From positions 1 to 15,071 of the forward strand of contig ACYB01000044.1 in NCBI GenBank assembly GCA_000175855.1: DNA of 15,071 bases, read 5' to 3'. The translations under genes were made by a program, and so were the position numbers. Below the pieces are notes generated by a model, which saw only the letters and a list, made by a program, of their open reading frames with translations, did no database searches and was not told where the DNA came from. Of this stretch, positions 1 to 6,918 are shown in pieces (position 1 is the stretch's first letter; each line of letters begins with the position of its first letter). The DNA is from Raphidiopsis brookii D9 (GTDB lineage: Bacteria > Cyanobacteriota > Cyanobacteriia > Cyanobacteriales > Nostocaceae).

Positions 1-118
1 CTAACTTTTAGATCTTCCCAGTAGTTAATAGCTTCTGACCATATTCCAATCTGAATACGAAATATATCTTTTGTTAAATCTTCAATTCTTCCACTTAAGA
101 AGCTACTGTAAATTAATT

Positions 119-538
119 TTAAGTCATATTTAATGTTCTTTGGTAGATCTGTTGCTGGACTGAAATACCAAATTTGCCTCCACTGTATTTTAGCCAAAGT
201 TGGTCAATACTGCGCAGTTCTTTACAGGGGAATTTTTCTGCATCTTCTATCCTTAGCCAACCTTCTTCTTCTCGTTTGGCTATTGCTAGCATGATTTTTC
301 TGGTTTCCCTGTCTGCTTGTTTAAAGTTTTGTGCTTGTAATAGGCTATTTAATTTTGAAAAAACTTGAGGCATGTTAGTTGTGTGTCGATCATTGGCTTT
401 AAATGTTTCTGGTATATTTTGGTTTTCATATTGTTCTATTAGGACTCCAATTATTTCCATTAAAGAAGCTAGAGGGTGTGTTTCATCTTCTCCTACTTCA
501 TCAATTAAGTTGTCAAGCATTTCAACTAAATACCGCAC
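119..538 (-). CDS. GUN4-domain-containing ORF with an N-terminal HigA-antitoxin-like segment; probably chimeric or degraded
   Basis: 139 aa ORF with GTG start. Segment LIDEVGEDETHPLASLMEIIGVLIEQYE resembles the N-terminal part of cyanobacterial HigA-type antitoxins. Segment FSKLNSLLQAQNFKQADRETRKIML...FPCKELRSIDQLWLKYSGGKFGISVQQQIY is a GUN4-like core. The ORF stops soon after VQQQIY, earlier than a full GUN4 domain would. Confidence 0.6.
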   Translation of the reverse strand: MRYLVEMLDNLIDEVGEDETHPLASLMEIIGVLIEQYENQNIPETFKANDRHTTNMPQVFSKLNSLLQAQNFKQADRETRKIMLAIAKREEEGWLRIEDAEKFPCKELRSIDQLWLKYSGGKFGISVQQQIYQRTLNMT

Positions 539-606
539 GAATGTAAACCTTTTTGCAATTATTAGGATGATAGTATAACTTGAGTATCCTTATTTTGCAT
601 CTGTCC

Positions 607-1186
607 ATGAATTCTAAATTTCCAATCAAGCATATCAGTCCCCTATGTACCTTGTTTTTACTACTCACCGGTACTAATCTTATCAGAGTCACCCCAGCGC
701 TAGGAATCGACCAGCACCAGATAATAGCAAAACAACTAATTCAGAGCAAAAAGTCCCAGGTTAATCAGGTTTTTCAACCAATTCTATCTAAAATTAAAAA
801 AAACCACCCAAATCAAGATTCTATTACCCACCCATATTCCCATTGGGAAAAATGACCCCCCACTTTACTCAATTGTGGAAACGGTAACCAAAAACAAGTA
901 CCAAATCCTACTAGGATTCACTCCCGATTGCGGTGGGGGAACAGCTTGTGGTTTTGGTGCTATTAGTGCAGAGCTAGTTAGTAGTAATACCCCCAAACCT
1001 GTAGGAAAAGAAGTAAACCTAAATAACAACAAAAAAGCCTATTTTGAAGATTTTAAATGCGGTGCTAACTGCTCGAATGCTAACCTGATATGGAGAGAAA
1101 AAGGAGTGCAGTACACTATTGGATTAAAAGCGGGCAGTTTAAGCGATTTAGTAAAAATGGCAAACTCTGTAGTTTCACCAAAATGA
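607..1186 (+). pseudogene. Small secreted hypothetical protein gene split by a frameshift in an A8 run (ORF 580..855 plus ORF 875..1186)
   Basis: The first ORF has a signal-peptide-like N-terminus (MNSKFPIKHISPLCTLFLLLTGTNLIRVTPALG). After the A8 run at 796-803, the +1 frame reads KTTQIKILLPTHIPIGKNDPPLYSIVETVTKNKYQILLGFTPDCGGGTACGFG..., continuous with the second ORF. Removing one A would join them into one CDS. Confidence 0.7.
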
Positions 1187-1224
1187 GAGAATCCCTCCTT
1201 AAGGACGGATTCTCCCATTCTTTT
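1187..1224. terminator. Hairpin between convergent genes, probable bidirectional intrinsic terminator
   Basis: GAGAATCC (1187-1194) pairs perfectly with GGATTCTC (1207-1214). The loop contains TCC-TTAA-GGA, adding 3 bp across a C/C mismatch. CCATTCTTTT follows on the + strand. It starts directly after the stop codon at 1184-1186. Confidence 0.7.
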
Positions 1225-1226
1225 GG

Positions 1227-2216
1227 TCAGCTTTCTTCCTCGTATTCCACCTGTCTCTCCTTAACTTTCTTGGGAATGTTAACCGGTTTGGGTACATCTA
1301 ACCAAGCATCACCTTCTAAGTCCTCATCATCCTCATACTGTTGAGCATAGGTTTTATTGTAAGGTTGGGTTGTGGGTTTTGGACCAGCTGGTGCTTGATA
1401 AGCGTCTTTGTCAGTTGTTTCGCTCCAATTATCTTCTTCCTCCTCATATTGTATAGACTCGTAGGCCCGGGCCTGCATAACCTCACGCTGAGGTCTGATT
1501 TCCTCTTCTACATAGTCTGGAGTCCACTCTTCTTGTTCTCGTGCTACCGGTTGGGGAGTGCGAATCTTAGGTTTAGGTGGTTCCAAAGGTACTCCACTAG
1601 GTAATTGATTAGCAGGAGAAACAGTTCGCGTTGGAGAATAACCATATTCTTCCTCCGAGTCTCTTTCCCAGGGTGCTTTACCAATACCTAAACGTTCTAA
1701 AACTCCCACGCTCAACTGGTTAACTCTTTCTTCCGCACCCTCAAATACAATCAGTCTATTGGGCCCAGTGCTGACTACTTCATCTATAGAAATTTCATAG
1801 GTACTCAACAGTTGTTCTGGAATTTGGGGTAATCCCAGGGAAGCGATAACTATAGAAGATATTTTACCACTTTCACCATTGAACTTAAAGCTTCTTACTC
1901 TACCTAATACTTCTCCAGTTTCTGTAATCACTTCCCAATTAATCAAGTTACTAAGAGCTTCTACGTCAATCTCCTCAATGACATCTTCATTATCAACCAA
2001 AATCACATCACCGATTTGGTTAATACTACTGAGATACATTTGGCGGGGTAGACTAGAAATAGAAATCAGGCTGTCTCGTAATCCAAACGCCACAACCTCT
2101 CTTTGGTCAATGTCTACCCACACCTGACTCACGATACCTAACCTTTTGCCGTTATCGCGGGTGATGACTTGGGTGTTTAATATATCGGAACGTCTAATTG
2201 TCTGTTCGGAGGTCAT
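1227..2216 (-). CDS. PRC-barrel domain protein with acidic/proline-rich low-complexity C-terminal tail
   Basis: 329 aa. N-terminal ILNTQVITRDNGKRLGIVSQVWVDIDQREVVAFGL is PRC-barrel-like. A second PRC-like unit reads WEVITETGEVLGRVRSFKFNGESGKISSIVIASLGLP. The tail is rich in E, P and Y. Confidence 0.8.
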   Translation of the reverse strand: MTSEQTIRRSDILNTQVITRDNGKRLGIVSQVWVDIDQREVVAFGLRDSLISISSLPRQMYLSSINQIGDVILVDNEDVIEEIDVEALSNLINWEVITETGEVLGRVRSFKFNGESGKISSIVIASLGLPQIPEQLLSTYEISIDEVVSTGPNRLIVFEGAEERVNQLSVGVLERLGIGKAPWERDSEEEYGYSPTRTVSPANQLPSGVPLEPPKPKIRTPQPVAREQEEWTPDYVEEEIRPQREVMQARAYESIQYEEEEDNWSETTDKDAYQAPAGPKPTTQPYNKTYAQQYEDDEDLEGDAWLDVPKPVNIPKKVKERQVEYEEES

Positions 2217-2357
2217 TCTATAAGTCGTCCTGATCTCAAATCCGGTTTATATATATACTATTTTTAACAGAAAATCAACACATCAACCTAACTTACATAG
2301 TATTATGCTTTTTAAGCGCAATTAGTCCCAAATTAGGCTCAAGTGAAGTTATGCAGC

Positions 2358-3854
2358 TTATAGGGGATTAGGTCTGTCCGGTTGTAATTGGGAGAGTAAT
2401 TGTCCCCAATTGAGAGAGACAGCATCATTTTCCCCCTGTTTTACCTCAAAGGTAATATTTTTGGCTTGTGGTTGTTGTAATGATTGAAGGCAAATTTCTG
2501 CCACATCATCCCGACTAATTTTACCGCGAATATTATCACCCTGGTCTACTATTAATTCTTTTCCTCCCCTGTCTTCTGTTAAAGCACAAGGTCTAATAAT
2601 TGTATAAGGTATTTGGCTATCTCTTAAACTATCTTCTCCTTTTAACTTCCAGGTTAAAATTCCTCCTAGTTGGTCATTTAATCTCACTGCAGGTGGCTCT
2701 TCTTCTAAATTAATTCCTGGTCTCCCTGGACGGGTCACACCTGCAGAACTAACCAATACGAATTGGGATACTCCTTCACCACCATAGGCCCGAATGGATT
2801 CTAATTCTAGGGTAAATGCACCGGGGGTAAATTTAGGATTTAACCGACCATCATATTCAAACTTACTTAACATTAATTGCAGGGAACAAATTTTACTTTC
2901 ATCAATTTTGGGGCAGTCTTTTACAGTTTTGGCTCTAAAAACCGGCACTAAATTGACAAAGGGAATGTTAACATCTATCCATGTATTTGCCATGGTATCG
3001 AAGGAGTAGCTATAACCTATGCCATCCCAGGTTGTTTCTGTTCTTAAAAAGATTTTATAACGTTGTCCATCACCTTTAACCCTTAATCTGATCCCCGTAA
3101 AACCGGATAAGTTAATTGCAGGGGAAAAGTTTTTAGTTCTTACGGAAGCAAAACCTCCCGAATTTGCCGTGGAAACATTGCCATTAAAGACTGCAGTTTT
3201 CTCAAATATGTAAAAATTGCTGGAACTAACTCCACCCATAACCACATCATCTAAGGCACCCCAAATATTTTTGAGATCTGATGATGGTTGGGTAAAATCA
3301 AAGATGATTTTTTCTCCGGTGGTTGGTAAATATCTTTTTGCAGCTACTATTAAATTTTTCACTCCTTTATATTCTACGTTTTCTGGTGTGTCTCCTACTA
3401 TTTCCGGTTGATAGAATTTCACCCCCTGATTATATTTTGCTCTGTCTGGTGTGTCTCCCTCTACCGGTTGTACTCGCACTGCTGTACAGCAAACTACACC
3501 CTGAATATTACTCATGACTAAATCATTGAGACTTTCTGGTTTTGTAATATCTCCCACCACCAGATCTGCTTCATTGCCCAAAATTTCCCTTGCTTTCTCT
3601 ATATCTCTGACCAAACAGCGCACCCTATAACCTTGGGTTAATAATTTTTTTACCACCCTTTTACCTACACCACCTGTTGCACCCGCTACTAAAATTATAC
3701 CCATTTGTATTCTCCCTGTTGGTTGATCTTGTCGGTTTGTAGGACGATTTTGTAGAATGTTTTGTATCCAATTTAGGAGGGGAAATACCTCAAAATAAGT
3801 AAGAGTTCTAATGAATCTACACAAATCCCATTGATTACGTTTTTTGTCATTCAT
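2358..3854 (-). CDS. Atypical SDR / NAD(P)-binding protein with an inserted CIA30 (complex I intermediate-associated protein 30) domain
   Basis: The predicted ORF extends to 3866; the internal Met of MNDKKRNQ gives a start at 3854. Rossmann motif ILVAGATGGVGKRVVKKLL. CIA30-like core IIFDFTQPSSDLKNIWGALDDVVMGGVSSSNF...TVKDCPKIDESKICSLQLMLSKFEYDGRLNPKFTPGAFTLELESI. The SDR then resumes: FVLVSSAGVTRPGRPG...IPYTIIRPCALTEDRGG. Confidence 0.85.
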   Translation of the reverse strand: MNDKKRNQWDLCRFIRTLTYFEVFPLLNWIQNILQNRPTNRQDQPTGRIQMGIILVAGATGGVGKRVVKKLLTQGYRVRCLVRDIEKAREILGNEADLVVGDITKPESLNDLVMSNIQGVVCCTAVRVQPVEGDTPDRAKYNQGVKFYQPEIVGDTPENVEYKGVKNLIVAAKRYLPTTGEKIIFDFTQPSSDLKNIWGALDDVVMGGVSSSNFYIFEKTAVFNGNVSTANSGGFASVRTKNFSPAINLSGFTGIRLRVKGDGQRYKIFLRTETTWDGIGYSYSFDTMANTWIDVNIPFVNLVPVFRAKTVKDCPKIDESKICSLQLMLSKFEYDGRLNPKFTPGAFTLELESIRAYGGEGVSQFVLVSSAGVTRPGRPGINLEEEPPAVRLNDQLGGILTWKLKGEDSLRDSQIPYTIIRPCALTEDRGGKELIVDQGDNIRGKISRDDVAEICLQSLQQPQAKNITFEVKQGENDAVSLNWGQLLSQLQPDRPNPL

Positions 3855-4019
3855 AATGATTAACAACTCAATTATCTGTATTATATACTGTACTTATACC
3901 GTATCATACTACATGATCTTTCCTCTGGCAACTTTAGATTACTCTTAAGATTACATAGCTTATATACATTATAATAATATCCTAATAATGGAAATAATCC
4001 AACTAACAGGACTACATCT

Positions 4020-4523
4020 ATGAGCGGGTGGGCAAAAATTCAATCTGACTATGAGGACTTTCATCAGCAATTTGCCAGCATTATAATTGCTACAGTCAGC
4101 GACCAGGGAATTCCTAATGCTAGCTATGCTCCCTTCGTTATGGATGAATTAAAAAATATTTATATATATGTAAGTAGTTTATCTACTCATACTACTAATA
4201 TTGAGTCTCGTCCAGACGTGAGTGTTTTATTTATTGAGGATGAGGGTAAAAGTCCTAATATTTTCGCCCGTCGGCGTTTGAATTTTGATTGTAGAGCCAG
4301 TTTATTGGAAAGAGAATCCATTAAATGGCAAGAAATAGTCGATCAATTTCAGGCAAGATTTGGCACAATTATAGAAGTTCTGAAAGGTTTGGCTGATTTT
4401 CGAGTTTTTCAGCTAACTCCAACGGGAGGAAGGTTTGTAATTGGTTTTGGTGCAGCTTACCATATTCATGGTGATAACCTGCATCAACTTGTACCTATTA
4501 GTCGGGACAATATTTCTAATTAG
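4020..4523 (+). CDS. Pyridoxamine 5'-phosphate oxidase-like / HugZ-type heme-utilization family protein
   Basis: 167 aa. FHQQFASIIIATVSDQGIPNASYAPFVMDELKNIYIYVSSLSTHTTNIESRPDVSVLFIEDE...NIFARRRLNFDCRA and C-terminal GGRFVIGFGAAYHIHGDNL match this family. AGGA Shine-Dalgarno-like sequence lies upstream of the ATG. Confidence 0.8.
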   Translation: MSGWAKIQSDYEDFHQQFASIIIATVSDQGIPNASYAPFVMDELKNIYIYVSSLSTHTTNIESRPDVSVLFIEDEGKSPNIFARRRLNFDCRASLLERESIKWQEIVDQFQARFGTIIEVLKGLADFRVFQLTPTGGRFVIGFGAAYHIHGDNLHQLVPISRDNISN

Positions 4524-4565
4524 GATTTCGGCTGAAAACCGACTGATTTTGGGAGATAATGGTTT

Positions 4566-5456
4566 ATGATAGAATTCCATCCGTGTGGCTTTGGTAAAAA
4601 ACAAGTTGACACTTCCTTGGGTAGCATGGTCTACTATACCCAGACCGGTGAACCTTGGGATATTGGGGAAATCGACAAATTACCACCCTTACTATTTTTG
4701 CACAACTTTGGCGGTGGTGCTTCCGCTTTTGAGTGGTCTAAGGTTTATCCAGCTTTTGCCCATAAATATCGCATTTTGGCACCAGATTTAATTGGTTGGG
4801 GGGATTCCGATCATCCTGTTAGAGACTATCAAATTGTTGATTATTTGACTACCATTAAGGAGTTTATTCACCAAACTTGTGTGGATACTGTAACAGTGGT
4901 TGCTTCGTCTTTAACAGCAGCTTTAATGATTCGCATTGCAATTTCCGAACCACAAACCTTTGAGCAGTTATTTTTAGTTTGTCCTGCGGGTTTTAATGAT
5001 TTTGGTCAAGGTGCGAGTAGGAGATTACCGCTTCCAGTGATCAACCTACCCTTTGTTGACAGTTTGATTTATGGGTTGGGTGCAGAAAATGAACTAGCTG
5101 TAACCAACTTTTTACAGAACTTCCTATTTGTGAAATCACAAAGATTGTCACAAGAGATAGTCCAGGCCTATTTAACTTCTGCACAAAAGAGAGATGGTAA
5201 ATATTCAGCCTTGTCATTCTTGAAGGGGAATCTTTATTTTGATCTGAGTTTATATATTCCTCAATTACAAGTACCTACGGTATTTTTTTGGGGTGAACAG
5301 GCGCAGTTTACTAATATTAGTTTAGGGAGGAGATTAGCCAGTTTAAATAAAATGGCAATTAAAGATTTTCAGCAAGTGCTTGACACAGGCATTTTACCCC
5401 ATTTAGAAACCCCCGGAGTTTTTATTGGTTTATTATCTAAATATTTAGATATTTAG
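4566..5456 (+). CDS. Alpha/beta-fold hydrolase
   Basis: 296 aa. Oxyanion-hole motif LLFLHNFGGGASAFEW, LAPDLIGWGDSDHP, nucleophile-elbow-like VVASSLTAAL, and TGILPHLETPGV around the catalytic His. Confidence 0.85.
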   Translation: MIEFHPCGFGKKQVDTSLGSMVYYTQTGEPWDIGEIDKLPPLLFLHNFGGGASAFEWSKVYPAFAHKYRILAPDLIGWGDSDHPVRDYQIVDYLTTIKEFIHQTCVDTVTVVASSLTAALMIRIAISEPQTFEQLFLVCPAGFNDFGQGASRRLPLPVINLPFVDSLIYGLGAENELAVTNFLQNFLFVKSQRLSQEIVQAYLTSAQKRDGKYSALSFLKGNLYFDLSLYIPQLQVPTVFFWGEQAQFTNISLGRRLASLNKMAIKDFQQVLDTGILPHLETPGVFIGLLSKYLDI

Positions 5457-5475
5457 ATTCTCAAACCTTAGGATA

Positions 5476-5513
5476 GGGGTCTTATGGCCGCAAGTTACCA
5501 CGGCCACAACCCC
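5476..5513. terminator. Two-part hairpin in a convergent intergenic gap, probable bidirectional terminator
   Basis: Inner stem TGGCCG (5485-5490) / CGGCCA (5501-5506) and outer stem GGGGT (5476-5480) / ACCCC (5509-5513), between the convergent hydrolase and DUF3386-like genes. No strong T-tract on either strand. Confidence 0.5.
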
Positions 5514-5525
5514 ACAAATTCCCCT

Positions 5526-6170
5526 CTAACCCAGTAATTCCAGATTGGCAAAAACGAATTCTTGAATTGACATACCTGCTGGGGTTTCCGTACGGATTTC
5601 TCGACGATTGAGAATGTAATAATTGCCTACTTTTTCATATTCATCCGTGAACTCACTACGACCACCTTTTTGTTCTCCAGTCTTGGGATCGTGATACACA
5701 GAATCATAAGTATGAGATAGATATCCCGCTTCCGTTTCGTGAATACTGAAAGTGTTAATAGTCACAACAACTCCATGAATATGACGGTGAACAAGAGTAA
5801 CTACATCATTGCGGACTTTATATTTATCACCAGCTGATTTTCCGCCAACAATAATTTCTACTGCACCAGTGGAATCCTTCTCACCATAGGTAAAGGTATT
5901 TTCTCCATGAGTTTGGGCAAAAGTGCGCCGTACACGATGGACGGCAATTTCCCAAGTTTGACTGTCAATTGCCTTTTTGGCAGCTTCATCTTCTACCTGG
6001 GTAACTTCCCATTTAAAATTGGCATCAATACGAATTTTGCCAGTGAATTCCTGACCCTCATATTTATAAGTGATATCTGCTGTATAACCGGGGAAATTTT
6101 CATCCCAGGTATAACGATTTTGATATGCAGCCCGGAAAAGTTCTTGGGCAGAGATTTGAGTGACTGTCAT
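5526..6170 (-). CDS. DUF3386-like cyanobacterial hypothetical protein
   Basis: 214 aa intact ORF. MTVTQISAQELFRAAYQNRYTWDENFPGYTADITY...GGRSEFTDEYEKVGNYYILNRREIRTETP is recalled as the cyanobacterial/plastid DUF3386 family. Confidence 0.7.
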   Translation of the reverse strand: MTVTQISAQELFRAAYQNRYTWDENFPGYTADITYKYEGQEFTGKIRIDANFKWEVTQVEDEAAKKAIDSQTWEIAVHRVRRTFAQTHGENTFTYGEKDSTGAVEIIVGGKSAGDKYKVRNDVVTLVHRHIHGVVVTINTFSIHETEAGYLSHTYDSVYHDPKTGEQKGGRSEFTDEYEKVGNYYILNRREIRTETPAGMSIQEFVFANLELLG

Positions 6171-6267
6171 GATGCTTGTCCTCTGGCTGAATAATAGCTT
6201 TTTGTGGTTTATAATATTAGAATATAGTTAATCTTTAGGTTCGCATAGTCCCCAACTGGGTACTTTT

Positions 6268-6918
6268 ATGGCTAAAACACTCCACTCTATTTTTGAAGCA
6301 ATAGCCCATGTTGAAACCGAGCAGGAACTACAACAAGCTCTTATGGAAACTATTAGCTTACATTTTGGTGTGCACCATTGGGGTATTTCCTTTATTGAAG
6401 AGCAGTTCCTGACAGGAATAGAAATTCCAGAAATTCCTGCGGTTTGTTTGGAGGCCAATCCCGTAGGGAGTTATGTTGTAGAACGTCATGCACCCACCCA
6501 TGAACTGTTAGTCTTGGCTCCAGAAGACTGGAAAAACTTTTGTACTCGCCATGAACACGTGATGACAGGTCCCATAGTTTGTGATGGTAGACTGGTGGGA
6601 ACTCTGAATTTTGCCCGAGATCCTGGCAGTCCTCCCTTTAACAATAATGATTTAGCTGATTTAAGTGCTTTATGTATTCATTTATCAGCAAAAATTGCCA
6701 CTCTCCGAGTCAAGTGGAATATGGTCAAAACTATGACTGAATGTCCTTTAACTGCTAGGGAGTTAGAAATTGCCCAATTAGTTGCCCAGGGGTTAACAAA
6801 TGGGGAAATTGCCAGCCAACTTTGGATTAGTCAAAATACGGTTAAGCAGTCACTTAAAAGAATGTTTAAAAAGTTGGGTGTTTCTGCTCGTGCTGAAATG
6901 GTGGCTAAACTACATTAA
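6268..6918 (+). CDS. LuxR-type HTH transcriptional regulator with N-terminal GAF-like sensor domain
   Basis: 216 aa. C-terminal CPLTARELEIAQLVAQGLTNGEIASQLWISQNTVKQSLKRMFKKLGVSARAEMVAKL is a classic LuxR/GerE HTH. The N-terminal 150 aa resemble a GAF domain. Confidence 0.85.
   Translation: MAKTLHSIFEAIAHVETEQELQQALMETISLHFGVHHWGISFIEEQFLTGIEIPEIPAVCLEANPVGSYVVERHAPTHELLVLAPEDWKNFCTRHEHVMTGPIVCDGRLVGTLNFARDPGSPPFNNNDLADLSALCIHLSAKIATLRVKWNMVKTMTECPLTARELEIAQLVAQGLTNGEIASQLWISQNTVKQSLKRMFKKLGVSARAEMVAKLH

Noticed and set aside
372-578. + strand ORF of 68 aa antisense to the GUN4-like ORF
   Set aside because: It is antisense to an ORF with recognisable domain similarity and has no family resemblance of its own. 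It is probably incidental in AT-rich sequence.
1090-1344. + strand ORF of 84 aa bridging the secreted-protein gene and the PRC-barrel gene
   Set aside because: It overlaps better-supported coding frames on both sides, runs through the terminator hairpin and has a low-complexity Ser-rich end.
3878-3909. NtcA-type site considered for the GTA...TAC motifs
   Set aside because: NtcA sites need GTA-N8-TAC; the spacers here are 5, 4 and 3 nt.
3945-3975. Promoter candidate TTAAGA...TATAAT upstream of the PPOX-like gene
   Set aside because: The -10 match is perfect but the -35 is weak and the spacing is 19 nt. In such AT-rich DNA this is not enough to call a feature without TSS data.
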